Source: a bacterium
Lineage (GTDB): Bacteria > Electryoneota > JAOADG01
Length of the DNA stretch: 64,000 nucleotides
Direction: 5' to 3'
NCBI GenBank assembly: GCA_963681965.1
Contig: OY820579.1
Location: 2,912,001 to 2,976,000, forward strand
Every line of letters begins with the position of its first letter. Within the stretch, counting starts at the first letter, position 1. Of the stretch, positions 20,830-31,895 are shown piece by piece. A program made the position numbers and the translations under genes. The notes beneath the pieces were generated by a model that was given only the letters and a program-made list of their open reading frames with translations, was not told where the DNA came from and did no database searches.

Positions 20830-23772
20830 TCAGAATTCTTTTAAGTCATCGTCATCGAGTGGAACAACATCCTGAGGTCGTAACATCCGACCAGTTTTCG
20901 GTAATTCACGCGGTTGTGTTCTTCTACGATCACTATTTCCACTAGTTGGAGCAACACTCTTTCGAGTTACTTGTTCTCGACGTGTGGTTCGCTGTACGGC
21001 TGAAAGTTGAAATTCATTCACCATCTCGGACATCTCGATTGCCTGACTGTTCAATGTTTGTGCAGCACTTGCCGATTCCTCGCTATTGGCAGCATTCTGC
21101 TGTGTCAGCGCATTCAATTGACCGACTGCAACATTCACTTGTTCGATTCCAATTGTTTGTTCTTTCGATGCGGTCGAGACAGCTTCCACAAGTTCGTTAA
21201 TTCGCGTGATCTCTTTCAGGATGGATTTGAAGTGCTTGGCAACCTCATTCGTAATTAAAACGCCACCATCGGCTCGTTTCCGAGCTTCATCGATGAGATC
21301 GGATGTATTCTTTGCTGCGGCTGCACTTCGTTGCGCCAAGTTACGCACTTCTTCAGCAACTACTGCAAATCCCTTTCCAGCCTCTCCCGCACGAGCAGCT
21401 TCCACTGCAGCATTTAATGCGAGTAGATTGGTTTGGAACGCGATCTCGTCGATTGTCTTCACGATCTTCGCAGTTTGATCGGAAGCTTCCTTGATCTTAC
21501 CGATTTCAACCGACATTTGTTCGAGTGAAGCATCGCCGATTTCGGCACTTTGAACGGTATTCTGGGTCAGTTGTCGAGCTTGATCGGCATTGGTCGAGTT
21601 TTGCTTGGTCATCGCCGACATTTCTTCCAATGTCGCTGAAATCTCTTCCAACGAAGATGCTTGTTCTGAGGCAACTTGCGCCAAACTCTGACTACTAGAT
21701 CCAATTTGTGTCGCAGCATCGGAAACAGAACTGGAAGTGATTGCAACTTGTTGCAGACTTTCATCAAGATTATTAACTGCAGTATTCAATGCTTCTTTTA
21801 TTTTGGCGAGATCACCGAGATAATTCCCAGTCATCCGGGAAGTTAAGTCGCGATTTGCGACTCGTTCCATCGTATCTGCAGCTTCATTAATGGGTCCAAT
21901 AACGGAATCCAAAGTATCGTTTACACCTTGGACGATCTTGCGGTATTCGCCTAAATGCTTAGAGGCATCGGCTCGTGTTGCAAGTTTTCCTTCGACTGCC
22001 GCTTGGGATAACATCATTGTGTCGTTAACCAACGCAGAAATCGAATCACGTGTTGTCTTGAAATCGGCGAAGATTGCCATATATTGATCGTACACACCCC
22101 GCATATCCGCCGTAGTTTCATCTACTTTTAGATTCAGATCGAGATCGCCCTGCGACATCTTCCGCAAATTGCTCGTGATCAAATCCACACCGTGTTTTCG
22201 ATAAGCAGCTTCCTTGGCTTGTGCTGTAATTTCCTGAACTACTTCAATGTGTCCGATCCGCTCCCCTTTCCGATTGGTTATATAGGAAGAATCTACTTGG
22301 AAATTTCTTCCATTTTGATCGAAAGCGGTTCGTGATTTTCCACGACGGAGACACTCCACACCGCAATTTTCAGTCCTACATATTGCCGCGTTCCAGTTAC
22401 TGCAAGGTTGACCGATCACATCTTTTCGCTTCACATTCAGGAATTGCTCGACCGGTTTGTTGATGAATGTCCATTTCATATCCATGTCGGTAACCGATAA
22501 CGGTTGCGGAACCGAGTCAAGCAGTGCTTCATACCAAAAGACTTTTTCGACAACTACATCCAATGTATTGTTGATACCGTCGATAATTTTTCGGTAATCG
22601 CCGCTGTGATGATTAGCATCGGCTCTTGTATCGAATTTCTCGGCTGTCGCGGCTTTCACCAACATATTGGTATCGTCTACCAAAAGGTTGATTGCTTCGA
22701 TACATTGATTCAAATTTACGATTAGAGTATTGAATTCGCCTTTAAACGAAGCTTTGTTTTTCTCAGGGATCTTACCACTGGAAATTTCACCGATCATCTT
22801 AGCTGCGACTTGAATTGGCTCGGTAAAAGCTTGCATCGATTGGTTGATATTGTCGATTACTTGTTTGTATGCCCCTGCGAATTTCGATGAGTCCGCGCGA
22901 ACGTTCAGTTTTCCTTCAAGAGCGGTGTTCGTTAAAGATATTTGAGCAGCAATCACATCGTTGAGTTTATCTCTCAACAATGACATCGATTTCCCAAGTT
23001 TATCTTCATTCGATAAGATGGGGATTGACACTGAAATATTGCCATTCGATAAATTCTCCATCGCATCGACTTTTGCTCGCTGTGCTTCAACGATGTTTTG
23101 AAACGACTCGGCAACCTTCGAGATTTCGTCATTGCCAGATTGAGCTACAGTTACACTAACATCACCTAACGCAATTTTACCGGCACAGTCGGTAAGATTG
23201 TTCAACCTTCTGGAAAGACCATTTACCAGCCAAAATCCCCATAATCCAACGATACTCACCGAGATTAATACGACGATTATAATTAAAATGAAATTGTTTG
23301 AAGTGGATTTATTGAGAAATCCCTTGGAGTACTCGATTTTGATGTAACCGAGCACTTCTCCATTGGCACTTTTCAAAGGTTCGGAGATGGTTAACTCATC
23401 TCCACTCTGTTGGATCTCTTGTTTGCTGATTTCGTCGATTTGTTTCGTAGAATCGGCACGGAAACCAAAAACGTAATTTCTTTTCTCGTCGTATACCGCT
23501 ACCGCTTTGATAGTTTCGTCGCTGTTTTTTCCACCCTGATCGAGTAATTTTAGTGTTTCCTTGATCGAATTGCCGCCATCAATTATCCGAGCCTGCATTC
23601 CCAGGGCGACACTTTCACGCGATAATTTCGAAATGAATGCTGCATCATTCGACAAGATATTGTTGCCTAATTTCTTCATTGTAAGTGGAGCAAAGATACC
23701 CGACACTATTAAGAAAATTACGCCGATAGAAAGCAATAGGACTAATATTTGGTATTTCAGTGACTTTCTCAT
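20830..23772 (-). CDS. Methyl-accepting chemotaxis protein (periplasmic PAS/CHASE8-like sensor, HAMPs, cytoplasmic PAS)
   Basis: Two TM helices around a ~150-aa alpha/beta domain; PAS-like [23 protein letters not shown]; MCP signalling domain; DLKEF tail; start ATG 23772 with GAGG RBS. Confidence 0.92.
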   Translation of the reverse strand: MRKSLKYQILVLLLSIGVIFLIVSGIFAPLTMKKLGNNILSNDAAFISKLSRESVALGMQARIIDGGNSIKETLKLLDQGGKNSDETIKAVAVYDEKRNYVFGFRADSTKQIDEISKQEIQQSGDELTISEPLKSANGEVLGYIKIEYSKGFLNKSTSNNFILIIIVVLISVSIVGLWGFWLVNGLSRRLNNLTDCAGKIALGDVSVTVAQSGNDEISKVAESFQNIVEAQRAKVDAMENLSNGNISVSIPILSNEDKLGKSMSLLRDKLNDVIAAQISLTNTALEGKLNVRADSSKFAGAYKQVIDNINQSMQAFTEPIQVAAKMIGEISSGKIPEKNKASFKGEFNTLIVNLNQCIEAINLLVDDTNMLVKAATAEKFDTRADANHHSGDYRKIIDGINNTLDVVVEKVFWYEALLDSVPQPLSVTDMDMKWTFINKPVEQFLNVKRKDVIGQPCSNWNAAICRTENCGVECLRRGKSRTAFDQNGRNFQVDSSYITNRKGERIGHIEVVQEITAQAKEAAYRKHGVDLITSNLRKMSQGDLDLNLKVDETTADMRGVYDQYMAIFADFKTTRDSISALVNDTMMLSQAAVEGKLATRADASKHLGEYRKIVQGVNDTLDSVIGPINEAADTMERVANRDLTSRMTGNYLGDLAKIKEALNTAVNNLDESLQQVAITSSSVSDAATQIGSSSQSLAQVASEQASSLEEISATLEEMSAMTKQNSTNADQARQLTQNTVQSAEIGDASLEQMSVEIGKIKEASDQTAKIVKTIDEIAFQTNLLALNAAVEAARAGEAGKGFAVVAEEVRNLAQRSAAAAKNTSDLIDEARKRADGGVLITNEVAKHFKSILKEITRINELVEAVSTASKEQTIGIEQVNVAVGQLNALTQQNAANSEESASAAQTLNSQAIEMSEMVNEFQLSAVQRTTRREQVTRKSVAPTSGNSDRRRTQPRELPKTGRMLRPQDVVPLDDDDLKEF

Positions 23773-23880
23773 CGTAGTTTCCTCTACAATCGTTAAACAT
23801 TGAATGAAATAAATAAACGTCGAGCAACGCTTCAAATTGCGAATTTGAAGCGTTGCGAAGAAAGCAGATCTAGACCTAAG

Positions 23881-24399
23881 TTATTTGATCGTTTCGGCAA
23901 TTTTCATGATCGCCGGCTGCCAATTCAATCCTTCTTCCGAAGAGGAAGAAAGATTCAATAATATCTTCGGTTTACCACCTTCGGCGGCAATGCCCAAAGT
24001 AACCCCTTTGGCAACAAGTGCGACTTTATTCGTGAGTGAAATGATTTTCTTCGAACGCGAATATTTCACTGCCTTATCGACCGAACCAGCATCACCAACA
24101 AATAGTATTGTAGGTGTTTCCGATGGTAAATCCGATCCGCTGGTAACTTTCTTTAACACCGAACCACCGATCTTCGTACCAATTCCACTCTTAAAAGCAT
24201 CGATGATGTCTTGCGATCCACCCATAATGTAGATACTAACATCGCCTTTCGATGAGACACTGTTTTCCAGTGCCAGGATTTTAACGGAAATTGGTGCAGT
24301 AATAGCAGCAGGTGCATCATCGGCGCATCTTGCGACTGGTGCAATCAGTAAAATGACAAATGCTGCGATGACTGAGATCTTAAAGTAAAGCTTACACAT
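23881..24399 (-). CDS. YfiR/HmsC-like (DUF4154) periplasmic protein
   Basis: Signal peptide; ILFVG...KIISLT...GVTLGIAAEGGKPKILLNLSSSSEEGLNWQPAIMKIAETIK matches the YfiR-family C-terminus. Confidence 0.75.
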   Translation of the reverse strand: MCKLYFKISVIAAFVILLIAPVARCADDAPAAITAPISVKILALENSVSSKGDVSIYIMGGSQDIIDAFKSGIGTKIGGSVLKKVTSGSDLPSETPTILFVGDAGSVDKAVKYSRSKKIISLTNKVALVAKGVTLGIAAEGGKPKILLNLSSSSEEGLNWQPAIMKIAETIK

Positions 24400-24519
24400 G
24401 ATAATCCCCTTAAAAATACGCTCGACGCAACGACTTGACTAATCGATTCGTGTTTTCGACAAGCCAAGTCTTAACCAAGGAATAAGTTCCTTCAACAATA
24501 TAACAAAATTGATCATTAT

Positions 24520-26490
24520 TTACAGTGTTACAGCTAATTGATAAAGTATTGTACGCCCATTTCCAAGTGGAACTGTGTTCAACTTGCCACGAGCATATTC
24601 CGGTTCTAAAGTAACATTGTTCAACAAGTTCTTGCCAGTGACCGAATGATTAATTGTAGTCGAACCGACCTGTTGGGTAAATGTCAAACCCGATGAAAGA
24701 ACATACTGTAAGTCGATCGATTCAAGCGGTGCACCTCGCGCACCCCAGACTCGTACCGTCGAAGAGAACATGAAATTGCCGAACGGTTGCGAAACACCGA
24801 TAGTACCCTGATGTTTCGGGATGAATTTAAAGTTATACGCCGACGTACCGATTTGATCTCCGTTATCGCCCTCAGTCCAGCAATAATTGATAAACGCATT
24901 GGTCGATTTTGGACGATAGTACTTCAATTCCAATTCGATCCCCTTTGCCGAGAATAAATCGCTGTTTGTGTAAATCGTCGATGCATCCGTTGGAACGTCC
25001 GGCAGACGTTTTGTTCGGTAAATCTTTTTATCGTAGTTAGCAAAATACCCTAACACTTGATAAAAGAGCGGTCCGTTACTTGATAGATATGCCAATTCCA
25101 CATCAGTGCTAGTTTCCGGTTTCAAATCAGGATTCCCATAAACGGTAGCTGGTGACGGAATGTAATAGAGTTCGAAGAGTGAGGGCGCTCTGAACGATTG
25201 ACCGGCGATGAGCTTCACACTATTTCGATTGGTAAAAGCGTAAACAAAAGTTACACGCGACGAGATATTGTCGCCGAATAATTGATTGTGTGTGTATCGA
25301 CTGCCTGCTAACAAACTGAATTTTTGGAGTGTGTAGGATGCCTGTCCAAACCCGGATACTTCTTCGACATTGCGACCTTTCATGTTGTTATCGGCGGCAG
25401 TCGAATCTGTCTTCTTGATCGCATTTCGGAATTTGACGGTCTTCCGAATTTCGTAATCCGCACCTAAGTCGAATCGAATGCGATCACTGAATGTATACCC
25501 TAGTCGACCATTTGCTGAATTTCGATAAGTCACTAGATCACTTCGCGTTTGATCGTCGAGCGTTCTCGAATAATTCCAGTTTTGCCAATCGTAAATACTA
25601 GAGATCGATCCATCAAGATTCTTTCTGATCTGACCCGCGAATTTGTACTGGACCATGTATCCACGTGAAAATTGGTCATTACCTATGCCGGCTGAATAGG
25701 ATGGTGTCACTCCGATATAACTCTGATGAGCAGTAAATCCATTGTACAACAAAGAATGAGGACCGTATGACATTCCCATCGTGAAGTTAGATCCCCTGAT
25801 GTATTCCGGATACTCGCCTTTTACTTTCGATTCGTCGATAAATGGTTGTTTGTAACCGAGATCATCCGATGAATTCGCATACCCAAATACTCTGAAACCT
25901 TTATTCTCATACTGGGTTCCACCTCCTACGCCACTATTACCGCGAGTGCCAGAATAAATAAATGCAGAACCTTTTTCGTCACGTTGTTGTCCAATTACGA
26001 TGTTAATTGTCCCAGTGTATGCATTCGTTCCATAAATGACCGACGCTGGACCTCGCAGCACTTCGATTCGATCCACTTGACGGATATCGACTCTTTCCAA
26101 CCAAGGTTCCCCGGTCGTTCCATTCCACACCGGTACTCCATTGATTAATACAAGCACTTTGTTGGCGTATTGATCTTGAAGAATTCCGCGAGCTGTCGGT
26201 ATGCCACGCTTTAAGTAGGTTCGCATAACCTCCATACCGGGTACTTCATCGACGGCTTCTGCAATGGATTGATAATGATAGCGGGAAATGGCTTCGCGAT
26301 CGATTACATATACTGAGGAAGGAGTATGAAAAATATCTTGGGCAACTGTCGATGAAACTGAAATCTCAACTTTCAACAGTTCATCGAGTGATTGATTCCA
26401 CAGATCTTGATTTTCGGCAGCGTTTGCGGATAACACCATTGCACAGAATGCCGCAATTACAATAGAAAAGCATTTATTCTGAGTAGACAT
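24520..26490 (-). CDS. TonB-dependent receptor
   Basis: Signal peptide, plug (SLDELLKVEISVSS...VLVLINGVP...IEVLRGPASVIYG), FRAPSLFELY, GNPDLKPE; start ATG 26490 with AGGAG RBS. Confidence 0.92.
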   Translation of the reverse strand: MSTQNKCFSIVIAAFCAMVLSANAAENQDLWNQSLDELLKVEISVSSTVAQDIFHTPSSVYVIDREAISRYHYQSIAEAVDEVPGMEVMRTYLKRGIPTARGILQDQYANKVLVLINGVPVWNGTTGEPWLERVDIRQVDRIEVLRGPASVIYGTNAYTGTINIVIGQQRDEKGSAFIYSGTRGNSGVGGGTQYENKGFRVFGYANSSDDLGYKQPFIDESKVKGEYPEYIRGSNFTMGMSYGPHSLLYNGFTAHQSYIGVTPSYSAGIGNDQFSRGYMVQYKFAGQIRKNLDGSISSIYDWQNWNYSRTLDDQTRSDLVTYRNSANGRLGYTFSDRIRFDLGADYEIRKTVKFRNAIKKTDSTAADNNMKGRNVEEVSGFGQASYTLQKFSLLAGSRYTHNQLFGDNISSRVTFVYAFTNRNSVKLIAGQSFRAPSLFELYYIPSPATVYGNPDLKPETSTDVELAYLSSNGPLFYQVLGYFANYDKKIYRTKRLPDVPTDASTIYTNSDLFSAKGIELELKYYRPKSTNAFINYCWTEGDNGDQIGTSAYNFKFIPKHQGTIGVSQPFGNFMFSSTVRVWGARGAPLESIDLQYVLSSGLTFTQQVGSTTINHSVTGKNLLNNVTLEPEYARGKLNTVPLGNGRTILYQLAVTL

Positions 26491-27020
26491 AATCGTCTCC
26501 TTCTTAGTAAAGTAAATTCGAACCTCAACATCATTACAAGAATATTCATTCTTTCTTTCGTATCGTATCAAATTAAATCCAAAGCAATGACGACAATCAA
26601 AATTACTTCATGTATCCTTACAAATGCTCATCCCAAACGAATAATCGTAAGCCGACCTCGAAATTCGATCCGGCAAATATTATTTTGAGTATTTTTAATT
26701 CTTATCGACTTTCGGTAGCATATTTGCTCGACCTACTACATCCTACAACATTATCGGGAGAGTGAAGATCAAAGACCAATTAAAGCAGAGTAATAGCTAG
26801 TTCATATTGTCAACTCAAGAAAATCTGCAGACCAATTTGAAGAAGTGAAAATGGTTTATTGAATCGCGATTTTCTTGACCTGACGTTTACTCAAAAGATA
26901 ACTCATCTGATACTGTTATCGTATAGAAGACGCCAAAATATTAGTGAATTATTTACTAAGATAGCTTTTTGAAGCAGTTGCGTTTAAGGCGTTGTGAAAC
27001 AAATTGGATGAATGGATAAC

Positions 27021-28025
27021 CTACTGAACAAGGTTTTTCAGAATAGCAGCGATTGTAGATATCGAAGTGGTAGTTCTTATTTCGTTAGATATTTCAATGT
27101 GATAACTAGTCTTCGTCACGCTCGATTGAAGCGACCCGCAGCTTTTTGTTGTCTTCGCAGTGAAATGCAATGGATGGAGACCATCAAATTTAACAATTAG
27201 GTCATTTTTGAATAAATTCTTAGAAGATCGAATAAAAAATTCATTTTTCAATTTTAAATCTTCGACAGAAAATCCCGTGGTCGTTATCTCAAAATCAGCA
27301 TCAATCTTCTTTCGCTTTTTAAAACCGTGAATTTCAATTAATAGATCAAGAGGGGTATTCTGATCGTTTTCCATAATTGCAGCGAGATACTGCCGATACA
27401 CATTTTCGGCTCGGTTGGTTGGTAGTTCGATAAAACGATTTAACTTTGTTTTTAATTTTTCTGTTGGACGATTTACGTTAATGTACCTTCCAATCGGATG
27501 CGGAATAAATCGATCGCCGCGATCGCGATATCCCCACGCGATCACACATCGGCAATTCAAGATTTGTGATAACGACTTGGCAATAGCAGCAGTTTTTGTC
27601 TCAGAAGGGGCATGCGGAGCTGCCACAACTATCTTTGAGTGTTCCCCAGAAATACTCTCGAAGCATGGTGGAAAAAGCTGTTCGACGAATTGTGCAAGAT
27701 CGATAATCGAAAAATTAGCAGACATATCAAGATGTGTTTGGATATTTGAATATGCTATTGAGAAATCATTTTGTTTTTTTTCGAACTGAAGTATTCCATT
27801 TTCAAGCTCTATCGAAACTCTATCATCACTAATCAACATGTTGGATAAAATATTTTGTAAATTATGAGTAATTGTGTCTGAACAAAAAATTACCGGGAAG
27901 TCTGTACCGTGAAACATCAATTCCACTGCATTCCCTTGCCATTTTACGACAATACGAGGTTCGGTTTCAGGTACTTCACCTGCTAGCCAATAGAAACCTT
28001 TCGAATTACAAATCCATTTTTCCAT
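27021..28025 (-). CDS. Hypothetical protein with C-terminal Zn-peptidase-like domain (poly-gamma-glutamate hydrolase / N-formylglutamate amidohydrolase-like)
   Basis: AAPHAPSETKTAAIA, INVNRP, LIEIHG and HIEIS motifs; AT-rich. Confidence 0.5.
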   Translation of the reverse strand: MEKWICNSKGFYWLAGEVPETEPRIVVKWQGNAVELMFHGTDFPVIFCSDTITHNLQNILSNMLISDDRVSIELENGILQFEKKQNDFSIAYSNIQTHLDMSANFSIIDLAQFVEQLFPPCFESISGEHSKIVVAAPHAPSETKTAAIAKSLSQILNCRCVIAWGYRDRGDRFIPHPIGRYINVNRPTEKLKTKLNRFIELPTNRAENVYRQYLAAIMENDQNTPLDLLIEIHGFKKRKKIDADFEITTTGFSVEDLKLKNEFFIRSSKNLFKNDLIVKFDGLHPLHFTAKTTKSCGSLQSSVTKTSYHIEISNEIRTTTSISTIAAILKNLVQ

Positions 28026-28135
28026 CTTCTCGACTCATCTATTTCCGGAATATAATCATGGTACAACTACAAACACACAAAAAACGCGGATGAGTAATAA
28101 TTACTCACCCGCGCTAAAATCATCTGGGAAAAGAT

Positions 28136-30721
28136 CTACCGTTTTACTTGTGGTATTCCCTCGTCATCAATGGTTTCTTTTACCCAATCCGGAGCTACCA
28201 ACATAATTTCACCGGGTTTGGTATTCTTCACTGCATACGATGTCCGGATTGCTTCGCACATCGGTTCGGGAAGAACAGTCATCATTGCATTTTGTAATTC
28301 CAATGCTAATCGAATACCCATCGGTTCTGGATAAACCAGGATGTCGGGTTTTTGATCGCTGCCGATTTTGGCTTTGGCTTTGGCAATCTCAATCGCTAAT
28401 TCAAGACCACCAAGCGTATCGACAAGACCATTCTTTCGACCTTGCATGCCGGTCCAAACACGACCGTTGCCGATCGAATCAACAGATTCCCATTTCATCT
28501 TCCTACTGTCAGCGACTTTCTGAACGAATTCGCGATAGAAGTATTTAATCTGCCGCTCGACCAACGAACGTTCTTCAGGAGTATGCTTGCGGAATAGATT
28601 AAACATACCTGCATGTTTTCCAAATTTGATCTCTTCGTAATTCGAGCCAATTTTGTAAAGAGTGCTGTCAAGAACCGGTCTCATCGAGAATACACCGATC
28701 GATCCAGTGATCGAACCTTCCTCGGAAACAATTGTCGAACCTGGCGTTGCGATATAGTAACCACCCGAGGCAGCAACATCGGAAAATGAAACTACTACCG
28801 GTTTGATATTATTGGTATCATCTCGGCAAAGCATCAATTCTCGCCACATTTCATCCGAAGCAAAACCACTTCCACCGGGACTGTCGACGCGCAACACGAT
28901 TGCTTTCACTTGCTTGTCGTTGCGAGCTTCGCGAATAGCGCGAACCATCGTTTCACTTCCCATCGATCGACCGGACAACAAACTGCTACCGGAGTTTCCC
29001 GATGTAATCGTGCCTACTGCATAAATGACGGCAACTTTCGGTTCCAGTGGACGATCCCAACGCGGATCGACTTCCGAGTCCATAAAATAGAAGCCTGCTG
29101 AAATCAAGCGAAGATCGTGTCCAGTCGAAAAATTGAACAATTTCTTCTGATCGGATTCCTTCTTACCGGTAAACATTTCCTTGAATTTTTTGTCGACTTC
29201 GTCGGGATACATCGTACCGTCGATCAATTTTGCAGCTAATGCTTCTTTCGCATTGTACGGACCATTGTCGATCTTGGCTTTGACGGTATCGACACTCCAG
29301 CCCCGATATCGGGCAATGCGTTCGGTAAATTGACGATACAGATCACCAACCAACCATTCACGTTGTGCACGATCCTGATCGGTCATATGCTTTTCGGTAA
29401 ACATATTCGGAGCAGTTTTGTGTGGACCACTGGCTTCAACTTCCATTTCCACACCAAGCTTGTCTAATGTGCCTCTGACATAGAGACTACCTGAGGCATA
29501 GCCAACCAAGTAGACGTCGCCTTCAGGGTGAACATAAATCTTGTCTGCCATTGATGCGAGCATGTAGCTGCCGTTGCTTAACGATTTGCTGTAAACATAC
29601 AATTTCTTGCCAGCCTGCTTGAATTTATCGAATTCGCGCATAATCGCTTGCATTTTTGCCGCACCGATCGAGATACCATCGACATAAAGAATGACTGCTT
29701 TCACATCCTTATCGTTGGTTAAGCGACGAATCTTCTTGAGGAATTTTTCTAGTTCTGGATTCCGCGAGGCAAAGAAACTGAACGGAGCCATCTGTTCATC
29801 CAGCGCAGACGGCATTTTCATAGTAACGATTTTGGGTTGTTCGGGGAATTTCAATGAAAGCAGACCGTCACTCTCGAAGAGATAAGTTGTCAAACCACCC
29901 TGCATCTTACTATCGGCATTTCGGACGTTATGAGCAACTTGCGAGTGATTTGTCGCAAAGCCGATTCCTACTCGGGTTTCTTTCGGTTCGGCAGCATATT
30001 GTGCTTGAAGTTTGATGCCGTCAATGGGTTCAACTTCAATAAAATATCGTGGATCTAACTTGTCACCGTATTTGATTTTCTTGGTAGTCGTAGTCGAATC
30101 ACGTTCGTATAACGACACATCGGCACCAACCGTAACGCGATGTCCGTGCTTCCAAGAGGAGATTGCCAAAGGTCTAAAACTAAGTCCTAAATCGAAAATC
30201 GATTTGGTTTTCTCGGAACCGATGCGAGGTTCATTCACATTTCGCGCAACTGCGCCAAATGATAACCACGAATAGGGACGTGCCAGCATACCAATCGACC
30301 AGGCATTTTGCTGATCTATTCCGGTTGAATATTGATAGCGCGTTCCAAAATAGAAACCGTCGCCCATCTCCCATCCTAATCCCCAGTTGTAAATGGCGGC
30401 TTTGGACATTCCGGATGGTACTTCGTTGATATATTCGGCAGAATAAGCCAATCCGCTTATTCGAGCACCGAAACCACCATCTTTTACATAATCCTTGTTA
30501 TTCGTGGCACGCATATACATCAAACCGACACCATCATATACGCCAATCGCTGCAGGATTGCCCCACAACGCCATTAAACCATCGGTTGAGGAAATAGTTG
30601 TGATCGGGTGCGATCGAATACCAATTCCATCATTGTAGGGACTTCCATAGACAGGTGACGTTTGTGCAAACGTCAGTGTCGTCAGAAGTAATAATAGGAG
30701 AAGCAATGCGACATTCTTCAT
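28136..30721 (-). CDS. sppA: Signal peptide peptidase SppA (long form) with an extra ~290-aa N-terminal predicted beta-barrel
   Basis: GPHKTAPN (catalytic Lys), LRVDSPGGSG, VAASGGYYIA (catalytic Ser), TGSIGV, GRVWTG, GLVDTLGG. Confidence 0.9.
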   Translation of the reverse strand: MKNVALLLLLLLLTTLTFAQTSPVYGSPYNDGIGIRSHPITTISSTDGLMALWGNPAAIGVYDGVGLMYMRATNNKDYVKDGGFGARISGLAYSAEYINEVPSGMSKAAIYNWGLGWEMGDGFYFGTRYQYSTGIDQQNAWSIGMLARPYSWLSFGAVARNVNEPRIGSEKTKSIFDLGLSFRPLAISSWKHGHRVTVGADVSLYERDSTTTTKKIKYGDKLDPRYFIEVEPIDGIKLQAQYAAEPKETRVGIGFATNHSQVAHNVRNADSKMQGGLTTYLFESDGLLSLKFPEQPKIVTMKMPSALDEQMAPFSFFASRNPELEKFLKKIRRLTNDKDVKAVILYVDGISIGAAKMQAIMREFDKFKQAGKKLYVYSKSLSNGSYMLASMADKIYVHPEGDVYLVGYASGSLYVRGTLDKLGVEMEVEASGPHKTAPNMFTEKHMTDQDRAQREWLVGDLYRQFTERIARYRGWSVDTVKAKIDNGPYNAKEALAAKLIDGTMYPDEVDKKFKEMFTGKKESDQKKLFNFSTGHDLRLISAGFYFMDSEVDPRWDRPLEPKVAVIYAVGTITSGNSGSSLLSGRSMGSETMVRAIREARNDKQVKAIVLRVDSPGGSGFASDEMWRELMLCRDDTNNIKPVVVSFSDVAASGGYYIATPGSTIVSEEGSITGSIGVFSMRPVLDSTLYKIGSNYEEIKFGKHAGMFNLFRKHTPEERSLVERQIKYFYREFVQKVADSRKMKWESVDSIGNGRVWTGMQGRKNGLVDTLGGLELAIEIAKAKAKIGSDQKPDILVYPEPMGIRLALELQNAMMTVLPEPMCEAIRTSYAVKNTKPGEIMLVAPDWVKETIDDEGIPQVKR

Positions 30722-30887
30722 AATAACCTCTAGGTTGATCCGCTTCGTGACTTGAAATAATCCAAAATTGATGCAAGCAACTAGTATGATACTTCGAGGT
30801 GGAAAGAGGTTGCAGTGAGTATGAAAGCGAAGCAGAATGACAACTAGCAGAGTGTTATTAGATTGATTAAATCTAAGTAATTTGATT

Positions 30888-31787
30888 TTAGAACAGACGT
30901 GCTCGACAAGAGAGGTAGTGCATCAATGCAATATCGTAACTGGTATCGGTCGTCATTCTGACAATCTCGATCCCCCGATTGAGGGCTTCCCGCTGTAATT
31001 TCCCGAAAAACTCCGCAACCGTAGTTTGAACGGCACTCGCAACATGGCGCGGACGTGTTACGATCTCTTCGCTGGTTTCCATATCGACAAATCGACCGTC
31101 TTTGGGAAATGCAAACGATAGTTCCCATGGATCCAGAATATGAAAGACTAGCACTTCGTGACCATTATGGCGGAAATGCGCCAGACCTTTCCAGAGTTCG
31201 TCCGGATCGTCCAAGAGATCGGAAAGCACGATTACCAATCCGCGACGGTGAATCATTTCTGCAACTTGATGTAGCAGTGGACCCATGTCCGTCTCGCCAC
31301 CGGTATCCACTTGATCGAGAATAGAGTGAAGTACTGTCAAGTGACTTTGCGTAGATCGAGCAGGAATTACCTCGCGGATTTCCGAATCAAACCGAACCAG
31401 TCCTACAGCATCGCGTTGGCGTAACATTAAAAAAGCCAACGCGCCTGCTAAATCGCAAGCATATTGAAATTTGCTTATTCCTTTGGAGGCTGGTGATGAA
31501 AACGCCATCGAACCGGAGCAATCCAACATAATGGTAGCACGAAGGTTGGTTTCTTCTTGAAATTCCTTTACTACTAGACGTTCGCTTCGGGCATATCCCT
31601 TCCAGTCGATGCTGCGTAAAGAATCACCGGGGTGATATTGTCGGTGTTGTGCAAACTCGGCTGAGAAACCGTGATAGGGTGATTTGTGTAAACCCGTTAG
31701 AAAACCTTCAACGACGTATCGTGCACGAAGCTGAATGTTTTCCAGCCTTCTAACGATTTCCGGGCGAAGTGTTTCGCGTAAATTCAT
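30888..31787 (-). CDS. DUF58 (vWA-like) protein
   Basis: GLHKSPYHGFSAEFAQHRQYHPGDSLRSIDWK...EETNL...DCSGSM. Confidence 0.9.
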   Translation of the reverse strand: MNLRETLRPEIVRRLENIQLRARYVVEGFLTGLHKSPYHGFSAEFAQHRQYHPGDSLRSIDWKGYARSERLVVKEFQEETNLRATIMLDCSGSMAFSSPASKGISKFQYACDLAGALAFLMLRQRDAVGLVRFDSEIREVIPARSTQSHLTVLHSILDQVDTGGETDMGPLLHQVAEMIHRRGLVIVLSDLLDDPDELWKGLAHFRHNGHEVLVFHILDPWELSFAFPKDGRFVDMETSEEIVTRPRHVASAVQTTVAEFFGKLQREALNRGIEIVRMTTDTSYDIALMHYLSCRARLF

Positions 31788-31895
31788 TCTGACTTTCTCA
31801 CAACCGAGCTTTCATTAATTGTACAATACTCTCTTTATATGGATAAGGGCGGAAACAGTTCCGCCCTCATCTTCACTTAAGTGATTTCAAAATCA

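Noticed and set aside
26491-27020. Cobalamin or TPP riboswitch ahead of the TonB-dependent receptor
   Set aside because: I could not find B12-box or TPP core motifs by eye; a covariance-model scan would settle it.
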